A stretch of 64,000 bases of DNA from Porticoccus sp. (GCA_036961395.1 JBALVP010000001.1:21666-85665); one strand, 5' to 3'. Positions 26,650 through 37,210 are shown, counted from the first letter of the stretch. Numbers and translations: made by a program. The notes: a model not told the origin generated them from the sequence alone.

Positions 26650-28164
26650 ATGAGTCGGGAAAAATTATTAAGTCGGCTAAGTGTTCGGTTAACACATTTA
26701 GTGGGCAGTTCAGATGCAGAGCTGAACACCTTGCTGGAAACATTGCGGCACTCAATAAAAGATAATACCGATGAGCAGGAGTTACACCGGCTATCAGAAA
26801 AGTTGGCGAGCCTTATGCTGGTTCATGATGAGAAGCCGACTTCTGGGGTAAATGGTAGCTCAATGGGTGATTATGCTCTCGAGTTTTCCCAAAGTATTAA
26901 ATCTCTTCAGGTCGACAAGCCTCACCGCTCAAAATTATCAGCGCTGGCTGATCAGTTAGTCGCTACTACGCAGGTGGAAGAGCAGCTCCAATCACTGAGG
27001 GAAATTTTTAAACTTCTTCGAACCTCAATGGAGACAGAGTCCTCAAAGAAGGGTTCTTCCAGTGGTGTATTGGGGTGGTTTGACAAAAAAGGCAATAAAG
27101 CGGATGAGCAGTGGCAAGTCTTTCTGGGTAAGTCCAGTCAGCTGTTGGATCAGATTCTAAGCCACATTGATGTGCTCAATGGCAACGCTTCAGAAACCCT
27201 GTGGCTTAAGGAACAGTTACAGCAGCCTTCTTCGGTTGACTCTATGGAAGAGGTCTTGGAGGAAGTGATTGCCTTGCTGGAGGGTATGAGTGGCAAGGTC
27301 AATAACGAACGAGTGACCACCCAGAATTTTCTTGGCGACTTGCGAGAGCAATTACACAGTGTTGAGGCTGCGATTTTTTCAGTCATCTCCGATGGGGATG
27401 ACTCCCTAGAAAGGGCCGAGACGCTAGAGCAACAAGTGAATAATGATGTACAGGTTATTGGTAAAGCTGTTCAGGATGATGACCTAGCTGTACTTAAGAT
27501 AGCGGTGGAGAGTGGGCTTACTAATTTGTCCTCAAAAGTAGCGAATTATTTGTCTGCTGAGAAAGAGCACCACCAGAAGAGCAAGCAGAAGGTAAGAAGC
27601 CTTACCCGGCAGGTTCGGGATATGGAGGCTGAGACAACAAGTCTCCGTGGCGAAATAAAGACAAAACAAGATCTGGCGGTGAAAGACTCATTAACTGGCG
27701 CTTATAACAGGGCCGGTTATGAAGAGCGAATTGCCGAGGAATTTGCCAGGCGCCAGCGTGTTAGCTCGCCATTATCATTGGTCTTTGCGGACTGTAATAA
27801 ATTCAAGAAAATTAATGATACATTTGGTCATAGTGCCGGTGATGTGGTGTTGGTGAAGGTGGCAGAAACATTGAGAGATCGAGCAAGGACCTCGGATATC
27901 GTCGCCCGTTATGGGGGTGATGAGTTTGTGGTACTTTTACCGGATACCCCTCTTGATGGTGCAGAGATTTTTGCCAGAGATGCCTGCAAAAAAATTCTTA
28001 ATGCTGGTTTCAATAATAATGGTAAGCCATTGGATGTATCAATTTCCTGTGGAATTACAGAAGTGCGGGAAGACGATACACCTATCACAGCGTTGCAACG
28101 TGCTGATGAAGCGATGTATCAGGCTAAAAAGCAATCGGGTGAAAAAGTTTTTGTTAGCGGCTAA
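26650..28164 (+). CDS. Cytoplasmic coiled-coil diguanylate cyclase
   Basis: DSLTGAYNR, FKKINDTFGH, RYGGDEF, I-site RTSD; no TM segment. Confidence 0.93.
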   Translation: MSREKLLSRLSVRLTHLVGSSDAELNTLLETLRHSIKDNTDEQELHRLSEKLASLMLVHDEKPTSGVNGSSMGDYALEFSQSIKSLQVDKPHRSKLSALADQLVATTQVEEQLQSLREIFKLLRTSMETESSKKGSSSGVLGWFDKKGNKADEQWQVFLGKSSQLLDQILSHIDVLNGNASETLWLKEQLQQPSSVDSMEEVLEEVIALLEGMSGKVNNERVTTQNFLGDLREQLHSVEAAIFSVISDGDDSLERAETLEQQVNNDVQVIGKAVQDDDLAVLKIAVESGLTNLSSKVANYLSAEKEHHQKSKQKVRSLTRQVRDMEAETTSLRGEIKTKQDLAVKDSLTGAYNRAGYEERIAEEFARRQRVSSPLSLVFADCNKFKKINDTFGHSAGDVVLVKVAETLRDRARTSDIVARYGGDEFVVLLPDTPLDGAEIFARDACKKILNAGFNNNGKPLDVSISCGITEVREDDTPITALQRADEAMYQAKKQSGEKVFVSG

Positions 28165-28330
28165 TTTTATTTTCTTTTAAGACATGAGTATTAAGTGCCG
28201 GTGCGATAGTCTTAGTCACCACTATTTAGCTATAAGTTCTTGGTTTATCTGCAGCCAATATGTTCTTATGAGAGGAATGGCGCATTATTTTCTGGTTTTT
28301 AGCCAACATTAGCCGTATCCAGGCACTTTC

Positions 28331-30811
28331 ATGAAAAAACATATCCATAAAGACCCTTTTGCCAGTCGCGAGGCTGCCAAATACGACAACCCGGTTCCAA
28401 GCCGGGAATATATTCTCGACTTCCTCCATCAGAGCGTCGGCCCACTGACCTACGAAGAGCTTTGTAAGGCCTTTGATGTGCAGAGTGATGATGCTCGCGA
28501 GGCACTGCGTCGCCGTGTTGCTGCTATGGAACGTGATGGGCAGACCGTTCGAAATCGCCGCAATGCCTATGGTCCTCTGGATAAAATGAATCTTATTAAA
28601 GGCCGGGTGATTGGACATCCTGAAGGGTTTGGGTTTGTGGTCCCCGCTCAGGGTGGTGATGATTTATTTCTGTCCAGTCGTCAGATGCGACGTGTCATGG
28701 ATGGGGATGAGGTATTAGTCCGGGTTGCGGGTATAGACCGCCGTGGTCGTTCAGAGGCATCAATTGTTGAGGTGGTGGAACACCGAACCCGGACGCTGGT
28801 AGGCCGATTCTTTATTGAAAGCGGTATTCACTTTGTCCGTCCGGACAACCCCCGGATCATCCAGGATATTTTGATTCCGGCCGATCAGCGTGGAGAGGTG
28901 GAGCCCGGGCAAATTGTGGTCGTCGAAGTGACCAGTCAACCCAGTCGCCACAACCTCCCTGCGGGACGAATTGTTCAAGTGATGGGTGATCACCTTGCAC
29001 CTGGAATGGAAATCGATATTGCCATCCATAATTATGGCATTCCTTGTGATTGGCCCGATGCTGTTTTGTCGGAAGCGGAGGCTATTCCCAGTGAAGTGCC
29101 GGAGGAGGATGCTCAACACCGAGTTGATTTGCGCCATTTACCCTTTGTTACTATCGATGGTGAAGATGCCCGTGATTTTGATGATGCAGTCTACTGTGAG
29201 CCCCGCAGTAGGGGTGGCTGGAAGCTCTATGTTGCTATCGCGGATGTCTCCCACTATGTGGCGGTTGATAGCCCCTTGGACAGGGAAGCCTTCCAGCGAG
29301 GTAACTCGGTCTATTTTCCACAGCATGTCGTACCGATGCTGCCAGAAAAGTTATCCAACGGCCTTTGTTCGCTGAATCCTCATCTGGATCGCCTGACGAT
29401 GGTTTGCGAAATGTCATTGGATAGTAGTGCTCAGGTGACGAAATTTCAGTTTTATGAGGGAATTATTCACTCCCATGCCAGGCTGACCTACACACAGGTT
29501 GCCGGGATGATCGCCCAGCGAGGCGATAAAAATAGCGGTGTTCGTAAGCAGTTTCATGCAGTGGTCAGCCATATTGACCACCTTTATGAGCTTTACCAGA
29601 AGTTACGTCAGTCCAGAGACATCAGAGGAGCCATCGATTTTGAAACACAGGAAACACGAATCCTGTTTGATGCCGAACGGAAGATACAACAAATTATTCC
29701 TGCTGATCGGACTGAGGCACATAAGCTGATCGAGGAGTGCATGCTCTGCGCGAATGTGTGTGCTGCCGCTTTATTGGAAAAAAATAAATTACCCGGCCTC
29801 TATCGTGTTCATGGTGGGCCACGACAAGAGAAGTTAGATAATTTAAGAGAGTTTCTCGGTGAGCTGGGACTGGGGCTGCCGGGGGGAGATGATCCTACAC
29901 CGAAAGATTTTCAGCGGGTGCTCTCTCAAGTGGCAGGGCGCCCCGACGCGAGCGTTATCCAGACCGTTATACTTCGTTCCATGAATCGGGCCGCCTACGA
30001 ACCGGAAAATAATGGACACTTTGGGTTGAATTACCCGGCTTATGCCCACTTTACCTCCCCAATCAGGCGATACCCGGATTTGCTGATACATCGGGCTATT
30101 CGGTATTTGATCCGCAGGAAAGCGCGGGCAACTTCTGCGAAAAAGGTTGTGGGTGCACCGGTGTTACGTCCCAGCCAGATTTACCCCTACGATGAAGCGT
30201 GGTTAGCCGCTAGCGGTGAGCAATGCTCGATGACTGAGCGCCGGGCAGATGAGGCAACCCGAGATGTCGTGAATTGGCTCAAGTGTGAATACTTACTGTC
30301 ACGAGTTGGAGAAGAATACGAAGGGGTCGTTGCTTCGGTCACGGGTTTTGGTCTGTTTGTTCAGTTGGTGGATATGTATATAGAGGGCTTGGTACATATT
30401 ACCGGCCTGCCTAAGGACTACTATTATCATGAGACCGCTCACCACCGTCTAATTGGTGAGCGTACCCATAGAGTCTTCCGGCTCGGTGACAAACTAAAGG
30501 TACGGGTTAGCAGGGTTAATCTGGATGAACGAAAAATTGACTTTGACCTCGTCGAGGAGGGCAGAAGGAAGGGAAAAAAAGATGTCCATGTGAGCCCTAA
30601 AGCACTTGAATTGGCAGCGGAGCATGAAGGGTCCAAGCCGAATAATTCTAAGAAAAAAAAGACATCATCGAAAAAAACAGGTGAAAAGCCCAGTCGTGGT
30701 AGGAAAGCTGGTTCAGGAAAAGCTTCTTCGGGAAAGTCGGGAAACAAAACAAAAGCAAAGACCTCCAGAAAAAACCCTCGACAAAGAAAACCCTCTTCCC
30801 CGAAAAAATAA
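28331..30811 (+). CDS. rnr: Ribonuclease R
   Basis: TIDGEDARDFDDA, HFTSPIRRYPD, S1 domain, basic C-terminal tail. Confidence 0.97.
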   Translation: MKKHIHKDPFASREAAKYDNPVPSREYILDFLHQSVGPLTYEELCKAFDVQSDDAREALRRRVAAMERDGQTVRNRRNAYGPLDKMNLIKGRVIGHPEGFGFVVPAQGGDDLFLSSRQMRRVMDGDEVLVRVAGIDRRGRSEASIVEVVEHRTRTLVGRFFIESGIHFVRPDNPRIIQDILIPADQRGEVEPGQIVVVEVTSQPSRHNLPAGRIVQVMGDHLAPGMEIDIAIHNYGIPCDWPDAVLSEAEAIPSEVPEEDAQHRVDLRHLPFVTIDGEDARDFDDAVYCEPRSRGGWKLYVAIADVSHYVAVDSPLDREAFQRGNSVYFPQHVVPMLPEKLSNGLCSLNPHLDRLTMVCEMSLDSSAQVTKFQFYEGIIHSHARLTYTQVAGMIAQRGDKNSGVRKQFHAVVSHIDHLYELYQKLRQSRDIRGAIDFETQETRILFDAERKIQQIIPADRTEAHKLIEECMLCANVCAAALLEKNKLPGLYRVHGGPRQEKLDNLREFLGELGLGLPGGDDPTPKDFQRVLSQVAGRPDASVIQTVILRSMNRAAYEPENNGHFGLNYPAYAHFTSPIRRYPDLLIHRAIRYLIRRKARATSAKKVVGAPVLRPSQIYPYDEAWLAASGEQCSMTERRADEATRDVVNWLKCEYLLSRVGEEYEGVVASVTGFGLFVQLVDMYIEGLVHITGLPKDYYYHETAHHRLIGERTHRVFRLGDKLKVRVSRVNLDERKIDFDLVEEGRRKGKKDVHVSPKALELAAEHEGSKPNNSKKKKTSSKKTGEKPSRGRKAGSGKASSGKSGNKTKAKTSRKNPRQRKPSSPKK

Positions 30812-30845
30812 TTTTCTGGAGTGCCTTGTTAGCGGAATTTGATTG

Positions 30846-31613
30846 ATGACAAAGAAAGAAGTACATAAGACCAATAATAATGATTGCGAATGGTTGTTTG
30901 GTTTGCATGCGGTACAGGCCATTCTTAAAACCTCAGCAAGTAAGGTTCAGGAGATACGGGTACAAAAAGGCAGAGACGACCAGCGACTAAAAAAAATTCT
31001 ATACTTGGCTGAGCAGCAGGAAATCCCTGTAACCTGGGTTCTTCGCTCTGATCTGGACTCACTGGCTAGTGGCCGACATCAGGGGGTGGCCGCACTTTGC
31101 CAAGGAGCAGATGTACAGGATGAGAGTTATCTTGTTGAGTTACTCGAGGGCTTGGATCAGCCGCCTTTTTTACTCGTGTTGGATGGCGTCACTGACCCCC
31201 ATAACCTAGGTGCCTGTTTGCGCTCAGCCGATGCAGCGGGTGTTCATGCTGTTATCGTACCGAAAGACAACTCTGTGGGTATTACACCTACGGTACAAAA
31301 GGTCGCCTGTGGTGCAGCGGAAGCGGTGCCGCTGGTGGTGGTTACCAATCTTTCTCGAACTCTTAAACAATTGCAACAACAAGGGCTATGGATTGTAGGA
31401 ACTGCCGGTGAGACAGATCAGCTGGTTTATGATGTTGACCTTAAAGGCCCATTGGCACTGGTGATGGGCGCAGAGGAGAAAGGTTTGCGGCGCCTCACGC
31501 GAGAAAACTGCGATCTATTAGTAAAGCTGCCCATGGCGGGATCAGTGAGTAGCCTCAATGTGTCTGTTGCCACTGGCATTTGTTTATTTGAAGCGGTAAG
31601 GCAAAGGCAGTAG
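30846..31613 (+). CDS. rlmB: 23S rRNA Gm2251 methyltransferase
   Basis: HQGV, DPHNLGAC, MGAE, SLNVSVA SPOUT motifs; follows rnr. Confidence 0.96.
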   Translation: MTKKEVHKTNNNDCEWLFGLHAVQAILKTSASKVQEIRVQKGRDDQRLKKILYLAEQQEIPVTWVLRSDLDSLASGRHQGVAALCQGADVQDESYLVELLEGLDQPPFLLVLDGVTDPHNLGACLRSADAAGVHAVIVPKDNSVGITPTVQKVACGAAEAVPLVVVTNLSRTLKQLQQQGLWIVGTAGETDQLVYDVDLKGPLALVMGAEEKGLRRLTRENCDLLVKLPMAGSVSSLNVSVATGICLFEAVRQRQ

Positions 31614-31622
31614 AAAAGATAA

Positions 31623-32339
31623 TTGTATGCAGTGCAAGCCAGGGTAAGGATAAGAAAAATCAAACACGGCAAAGTGATTAAAGACAGGGTCATCCAGAAT
31701 AATCAGGTGGCAACACAGAATCTAGTGGTAAATTTACCCAATGTCATCAGTGCTATTAGGGTGGCGCTAGTACCTGTTTTGGTTCTGTTGGCCATTGAGA
31801 AAAAAGCAGATGCCTTTTTGTGGATTTTGGCATTCTCACTCTTTACGGATGCTCTTGATGGGTATCTGGCACGTCGCTTGGGGCAGGTCACTGAGTTAGG
31901 TGCTCGGCTCGACAGCTGGGCGGATTTAATTACCTATGCCGCCATGTTGTTGGGGTTAACATTGATTTGGCCTGAGACTTTCGATCGGGAGTCGAGCTAT
32001 GTAGTGGTTGCCTTCAGCTCATGGATTGTTCCTTTGTTGGTGTGCCTAGTGAGGTTTAAGTGCTTCCCGAGCTACCATACACTTGCGGCTAAAATTGCTG
32101 CCATCAGCATTGCTCCTGCGTATTTTATTGCTGTTATCTGGGATCATTCGCTCATGTTCCGTGCCGTATTGTTATTCTATCTTTGGGTGGCACTGGAGCA
32201 GGTGATTATTACGTCGATTCTGCCTCGTTGGCAGGGAGATGTCATTGGCATTTGGCAAGCAGCAGCCATAGCTCGTGGTGCAAATAGCGAGGGGCAGGCG
32301 GAGTGTTTATCCAGTCTTCCCAATAATAAAGGCTATTAA
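31623..32339 (+). CDS. CDP-alcohol phosphatidyltransferase family protein
   Basis: DALDGYLARRLGQVTELGARLDSWAD signature and NLPN; true start probably later (about 31707). Confidence 0.9.
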   Translation: MYAVQARVRIRKIKHGKVIKDRVIQNNQVATQNLVVNLPNVISAIRVALVPVLVLLAIEKKADAFLWILAFSLFTDALDGYLARRLGQVTELGARLDSWADLITYAAMLLGLTLIWPETFDRESSYVVVAFSSWIVPLLVCLVRFKCFPSYHTLAAKIAAISIAPAYFIAVIWDHSLMFRAVLLFYLWVALEQVIITSILPRWQGDVIGIWQAAAIARGANSEGQAECLSSLPNNKGY

Positions 32340-32497
32340 AATACGCAGTGCTTGGCAAAGTCACCCGCTTCATTTGTTGACCAGTCACCTTTTGGCTTTT
32401 CTTTCATATCTTCACACCAGGCTTCGCTGCCCACTTTAGTGCAACCTGCCAAAGATAGAACAAATATTGTGGCGAGTAATAGCGAAATTTTTTTCAT
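32336..32497 (-). CDS. DUF3012 family small lipoprotein
   Basis: Lipobox LAGC, then VGSEAWC-KPKGDWS-FAKHC; GGAG before the ATG at 32497. Confidence 0.85.
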   Translation of the reverse strand: MKKISLLLATIFVLSLAGCTKVGSEAWCEDMKEKPKGDWSTNEAGDFAKHCVF

Positions 32498-32589
32498 TTT
32501 TTTCTCCATGAAGATAAGTACTATTTTCAGTGAACGCATCATAGCTTGTTCCTAGTGACGCTTATACTGAAAAACCAGCAGTTTACGGC

Positions 32590-32618
32590 TTGAAATGCTC
32601 CCAGTATCCCCGTAAAAT
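32590..32618 (+). promoter_or_regulatory. Sigma70 promoter of the rpsF operon with GC-rich discriminator
   Basis: TTGAAA-N17-TAAAAT followed by GCGCGCC. Confidence 0.8.
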
Positions 32619-32645
32619 GCGCGCCCTTGGTTCAATTGGGCCAAT

Positions 32646-32696
32646 ACTCCTTGTTGCATCGCATTGGGCGAGCAGCTACTAACCCGTAAGGAGGTA
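32646..32696 (+). promoter_or_regulatory. S6:S18 ribosomal protein leader (autoregulatory RNA)
   Basis: CTCCTT pairs with the Shine-Dalgarno AAGGAG, with an unpaired CCG just upstream of the SD; directly before rpsF. Confidence 0.7.
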
Positions 32697-32698
32697 CA

Positions 32699-33226
32699 AT
32701 GCGTCACTACGAAATCATATTTATGGTTCACCCGGACCAAAGCGAACAGGTCCCGGGAATGATCGAGCGTTACACGGCTACCATTACTGGTGGTGAAGGT
32801 AAGGTTCATCGTCTAGAAGATTGGGGTCGCCGCCACTTGGCATACCCAATTAACAAAATTCACAAAGCTCACTATGTACTGATGAACATTGAATGTGGTC
32901 AGGATGTATTGGATGAGCTGAATTCCACTTTCCGTTACAACGATGCAGTTATTCGCAGCGCGGTATTTAGCGAATCAGAAGCAATCACTACTGAGTCTTA
33001 TATCATGAAGGCTGAAAAGTCCGAAAGATCTGAGCGTCGTGATCATCGTACCGAGGAAAAGCCTAGGCACGAAGCGCGCACTGAAGCTAAGCCCGATAAT
33101 GCTGCAAATGAAACTCAGGAAGCACCTGTAGTCTCAGAAGAAGCAGTCGTAGCTGAAGCCCCAGTAGAAGAAGTTGCTGCACCGGTAGAAGAAGCTACCG
33201 ATGAAACCGCGGAAAAAGGGGAATAA
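32699..33226 (+). CDS. rpsF: 30S ribosomal protein S6 with long acidic tail
   Basis: [30 protein letters not shown]. Confidence 0.98.
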   Translation: MRHYEIIFMVHPDQSEQVPGMIERYTATITGGEGKVHRLEDWGRRHLAYPINKIHKAHYVLMNIECGQDVLDELNSTFRYNDAVIRSAVFSESEAITTESYIMKAEKSERSERRDHRTEEKPRHEARTEAKPDNAANETQEAPVVSEEAVVAEAPVEEVAAPVEEATDETAEKGE

Positions 33227-33229
33227 TTC

Positions 33230-33457
33230 ATGGCTCGTTTTAATCGTCGTCGTAAGTTTTGCCGTTTCAGTCAGGAAGGTGCTGCCGAGATCGATTACAA
33301 AGATCTTGATATGCTAAAACAGTATGTTTCTGAAACTGGAAAAATCGTACCCAGTCGTATTACCGGTACGAAGGCCAAGTATCAACGCCAGCTATCAACC
33401 GCGGTCAAACGCGCTCGCTTTTTGGCACTGTTGCCCTACACGGACAGCCACAAGTAA
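33230..33457 (+). CDS. rpsR: 30S ribosomal protein S18
   Basis: [24 protein letters not shown]. Confidence 0.98.
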   Translation: MARFNRRRKFCRFSQEGAAEIDYKDLDMLKQYVSETGKIVPSRITGTKAKYQRQLSTAVKRARFLALLPYTDSHK

Positions 33458-33473
33458 TTTATAGGCAGGCCTT

Positions 33474-34334
33474 GTGATGCGCGCCCTAGCTGAACTAATT
33501 ATGCGTGGGCGTCTACAGGCCGCGCTGGTAGCACTTTTTGGCAGTTTAGTGCCATTGGTTAGTCCAGCGGCTATCAGCCTGGTAACTCTGAGCAAGGGGT
33601 TGTCAGAAGGCGCGCTAGTCATGCTTTGGGCGTTGCTACCGTTGCTGATGACATTTTATTATGTCAGCGACCTCAGCCCGATGATCACACTGTCTTCCAT
33701 CGCTGGATTGATAGTTGTCATGACGGCATCGGAACTATTGAGGCTGAGTGCTTCGTGGTCTCGCACACTGATATTTGTTTTGGTGGTTAGCGGGATTGCA
33801 GCAAAGGCACTTGATGTACTGTTTCCTGAGCAGGCAAATGCACTTGAGCTTGTCGTTGCCAACCTGTTTAGTCAGGTGCAACAGGAACAAGAGAATGTAT
33901 TTGTACCAGGCCGCACCTTTTTGTTGGGTGTCATTGGTTATGTGATTGCGCTGACCTCGATTGTCTGTCTGGTCTTAGGTCGCTGGTGGCAGGCAACGCT
34001 TTGTAACCCCGGTGGGTTTCAATTGGAATTCCACCAGTTGCGTTTCAGTTCAGTGATTGCAGCTGCTTTGTTTGTTGGTGTGGCTGCTTGTTACTTTGCC
34101 CCTCATGAGTATTCGAGTTGGGCTGGATTGTTGGGGCTACCGCTGTTGTTGGGTGGTATCGCACTCGTGCATTACACAGTGACATTTTACCAACTTGGTG
34201 GTCACTGGCTGGCAATTTTTTATGTAGGGCTGTTTTTAATTGGCCCTATGAGCTTGATACTGGTTGGGTTAGGTTTACTCGACAGTATTATGAATATACG
34301 TTCTCGATTGGTACAGCGTCCGAAAAGACCCTGA
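33474..34334 (+). CDS. Conserved membrane protein (YybS/DUF2232-like)
   Basis: MRALAELIMRGRLQA, LGRWWQA, NPGGF; rpsR-rplI position as in Pseudomonas. Confidence 0.8.
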   Translation: MMRALAELIMRGRLQAALVALFGSLVPLVSPAAISLVTLSKGLSEGALVMLWALLPLLMTFYYVSDLSPMITLSSIAGLIVVMTASELLRLSASWSRTLIFVLVVSGIAAKALDVLFPEQANALELVVANLFSQVQQEQENVFVPGRTFLLGVIGYVIALTSIVCLVLGRWWQATLCNPGGFQLEFHQLRFSSVIAAALFVGVAACYFAPHEYSSWAGLLGLPLLLGGIALVHYTVTFYQLGGHWLAIFYVGLFLIGPMSLILVGLGLLDSIMNIRSRLVQRPKRP

Positions 34335-34376
34335 CTCCAGCGGGACAAATTGGTTAAACAAGAGAGGAAATCCGAG

Positions 34377-34826
34377 ATGGAAGTTATTCTTCTGGAAAAA
34401 GTCGGCAAGCTCGGCAATATCGGTGACAAGGTTAATGTTAAAGCTGGTTACGGTCGTAACTATCTAGTCCCAACGAGCAAAGCGGTTTTTGCTACTGCTG
34501 CGAATTTGGCGGCATTTGAAGCCCGTCGCGCGGAACTGGAAGCAGCTGCAGCAGAACAGCGTGCAGCGGCTGAAGTTCGTGGAGCACAGTTGGCTGGCCT
34601 TGAGACCATTACTATTGCCGCTAATGCAGGTGACGAAGGTAAACTGTTTGGCTCTATCGGTACTCAGGATATTGCTGATGCACTGACGGCTGCTGGCGCT
34701 GAAGTTGTTAAGAGTGAAGTGAAGCTGCCTGAAGGTGCTTTGCGTGAAATTGGTGAATATGACATTGATATTCAGCTGCACTCTGATGTGACGCAAGCTA
34801 TCAAGTTAGCAGTTGTTGCTGAATAA
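34377..34826 (+). CDS. rplI: 50S ribosomal protein L9
   Basis: [26 protein letters not shown]. Confidence 0.98.
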   Translation: MEVILLEKVGKLGNIGDKVNVKAGYGRNYLVPTSKAVFATAANLAAFEARRAELEAAAAEQRAAAEVRGAQLAGLETITIAANAGDEGKLFGSIGTQDIADALTAAGAEVVKSEVKLPEGALREIGEYDIDIQLHSDVTQAIKLAVVAE

Positions 34827-34874
34827 GTCGCTGAGTAATCTGGCAGTTTTCTGCCACGTTAAAATCGGTACAAT

Positions 34875-34908
34875 ACGGCACTGCACTTAATGTGACAGTG
34901 CCGTTTTT
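34875..34908 (+). terminator. Intrinsic terminator after rplI
   Basis: ACGGCACTG...CAGTGCCGT followed by a T run. Confidence 0.7.
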
Positions 34909-34937
34909 ACAGGCGACCGTTTTTTATAGGTGACAAT

Positions 34938-36302
34938 GTGATGGTTGAAGACCGAAGCAGCGAGGATCAGCAACTCCCTCATTCCGTTGAGGCTGAACAA
35001 GCCGTACTTGGCGGGTTGATGCTGACTAATGACTCCTTCGATACAGTGGCTTCGGTGATTGCCGAAACTGATTTTTTCGCACAAGATCACCAGCTGATCT
35101 TTCAGACCATGCGCTCCCTTTCTGATGACAGCAAACCGCTGGATGTCATTACCCTTTCTGAAGTTCTCCAAAATAACCAAGAGTTAGAGCAAGTGGGTGG
35201 TGCTGCCTATCTGGTAGAGCTCGCAAACAATACACCCAGTTCGGCGAATATCGGTGCTTATGCCCAGATTGTTCTAGAGCGCTCAGTTATTCGGCAGCTC
35301 ATTACCGCTGCCAGTGATATCGTTAAAAAAGGTTTCAACCCCCTAGGTTCGGACAGCGGTGTTTTACTGGCAGAAGCTGAACGAAAATTGGCCGAAATTA
35401 TTGAGAATCGCCCAAAGTTGGGTGGTTTTCAGGATGTAAATAAACTGTTGTCCGATGCGATTAATCGTATTGATGAGTTGTTTAACAATGAAGCGGAGAT
35501 TACCGGCCTCAGTACCGGTTTTGCCGAACTTGATGAAATGACCTCTGGTTGGCAAAAATCCGATTTGGTGATTGTGGCAGGCCGTCCCTCCATGGGTAAA
35601 ACCTCATTTGCCATGAATATGGTGGAGCATGCCGTATTACATCAGGACAAGCCTGTTTTGGTGTTTAGTCTGGAAATGCCAGCAAATCAGCTGATGATAC
35701 GGATGATGTCATCATTGGGGAAAATAGATCAGACCCGAATGCGTTCGGGGAAGCTCAATGAAGATGATTGGCCTCGATTATCCAGTGCTGCCTCTCGGCT
35801 TAAGGATCGCCCTCTGTTTATTGATGATACGGCAGGTATCACCCCGATGGGATTGAAGAATCAGGTGCGGCAGTTATCCCGTGAGCACGGTGAGCCAGGA
35901 TTGATTATGGTGGACTACCTACAATTGATGAGCAGTAGTGTACCCACGGAAAACCGTACTACGGAAATCACCTTGATTTCTCGGGAATTGAAAACCATTG
36001 CGCGGGAGTTTAATTGTCCTGTCGTCGCATTGTCTCAGCTCAGTCGTAACCTAGAGCAGCGCCCGAATAAGAGACCTATTAACTCTGATTTGAGGGAATC
36101 CGGTGCTATTGAGCAGGATGCGGACGTGATTGCATTTATCTATCGTGATGAAGTGTATAACGAGGGCAGTGAAGATAAGGGCGTGGCGGAGATTATTCTC
36201 GGCAAACAACGTAACGGCCCTATTGGTACCTGTAAGCTCGCATTTCTGGGTAAATATACTCGTTTTGAAAATCTCGCTCGAGATTATTTTGCCGACCAGT
36301 AG
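34938..36302 (+). CDS. dnaB: Replicative DNA helicase
   Basis: PHSVEAEQAVLG, GRPSMGKT, VDYLQL, SDLRESGAIEQDAD, KQRNGP; no intein. Confidence 0.98.
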   Translation: MMVEDRSSEDQQLPHSVEAEQAVLGGLMLTNDSFDTVASVIAETDFFAQDHQLIFQTMRSLSDDSKPLDVITLSEVLQNNQELEQVGGAAYLVELANNTPSSANIGAYAQIVLERSVIRQLITAASDIVKKGFNPLGSDSGVLLAEAERKLAEIIENRPKLGGFQDVNKLLSDAINRIDELFNNEAEITGLSTGFAELDEMTSGWQKSDLVIVAGRPSMGKTSFAMNMVEHAVLHQDKPVLVFSLEMPANQLMIRMMSSLGKIDQTRMRSGKLNEDDWPRLSSAASRLKDRPLFIDDTAGITPMGLKNQVRQLSREHGEPGLIMVDYLQLMSSSVPTENRTTEITLISRELKTIAREFNCPVVALSQLSRNLEQRPNKRPINSDLRESGAIEQDADVIAFIYRDEVYNEGSEDKGVAEIILGKQRNGPIGTCKLAFLGKYTRFENLARDYFADQ

Positions 36303-36320
36303 CACCCCGGAAGCCTGACT

Positions 36321-37166
36321 ATGCAAATATTTCATACTATTCAAGGTATCCGAGAGTCACTGGCAGCAGCGCGGCAACAGGGCAAGCGTATTGGCTTTGT
36401 GCCCACCTTGGGCAACTTACACGAAGCACACATAGAATTGATAAAGCGAGCGCAGCAAACCAATGATGTGGTTGTGTGCTCTATTTTTGTTAACAGGCTT
36501 CAATTTGGTCTCAATGAAGACTGGGATAAGTACCCTCGTACTTTTGAGGCTGATTGCGCCAAGTTGCGAGAAGTGGGTTGTGATTACTTGTTTCACCCGG
36601 ATGATAGTGAAATGTATCCCAATGGTTTGGATACCCAAACTCGAGTAATCTGCTCTACCATGACAGATATGCTTTGTGGTGCCAGTCGTCCTGGTCACTT
36701 TGAAGGTGTAACGACCATAGTGACGAAACTCCTCAATATTGTGCAGCCGGGTGAAGCGGTGTTTGGTATTAAGGATTACCAGCAGTTGGCAGTTATCCGT
36801 CGGATGTCGGAAGATCTGTGTGTTCCGGTGGACATCATTGCTGCACCCATTCATCGTGAATTCGATGGTTTGGCCATGAGCTCTCGCAATGGTTACCTGA
36901 CGGCAGAAGAACGCCCCAAGGCGAACCAGTTGAACAAGAGTCTTAACTGGGTTATCGAACAGATTAAGTTGGGTAACAGAGACTTTGTCGCTTTGGGGAA
37001 GGAAGCCAACCGGCAGATTGAAGCGGTGGGCTTCAAGCCGGATTACATCACTGTCTGTAACAGTAAAACACTGGAAATGGCAGCAGTGGATGATGAACAT
37101 ATTACCGTCCTCGGTGCGATGTACGCCACCGCAGCACGGTTGATTGATAATATTTCCTTGGATTAA
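36321..37166 (+). CDS. panC: Pantoate--beta-alanine ligase
   Basis: [40 protein letters not shown]. Confidence 0.93.
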   Translation: MQIFHTIQGIRESLAAARQQGKRIGFVPTLGNLHEAHIELIKRAQQTNDVVVCSIFVNRLQFGLNEDWDKYPRTFEADCAKLREVGCDYLFHPDDSEMYPNGLDTQTRVICSTMTDMLCGASRPGHFEGVTTIVTKLLNIVQPGEAVFGIKDYQQLAVIRRMSEDLCVPVDIIAAPIHREFDGLAMSSRNGYLTAEERPKANQLNKSLNWVIEQIKLGNRDFVALGKEANRQIEAVGFKPDYITVCNSKTLEMAAVDDEHITVLGAMYATAARLIDNISLD

Positions 37167-37203
37167 GTGTTCCCTTGGATTAAGTGTTTCCCTGAATTAG
37201 AGG
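37153..37203 (+). repeat. 17-bp tandem repeat, three copies, spanning the panC stop to the panD RBS
   Basis: TTTCCTTGGATTAAGTG / TTCCCTTGGATTAAGTG / TTTCCCTGAATTAGAGG. Confidence 0.8.
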
Positions 37204-37210
37204 AATTTTT

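Noticed and set aside
28165-28330. tRNA-Leu genes often found upstream of rnr
   Set aside because: No cloverleaf, GTTCRA arm or CCA end visible
33226-33230. Absence of priB between rpsF and rpsR
   Set aside because: Normal for Pseudomonadales/Cellvibrionales-type operons
36417-37100. 227-aa minus-strand ORF
   Set aside because: Antisense shadow of panC
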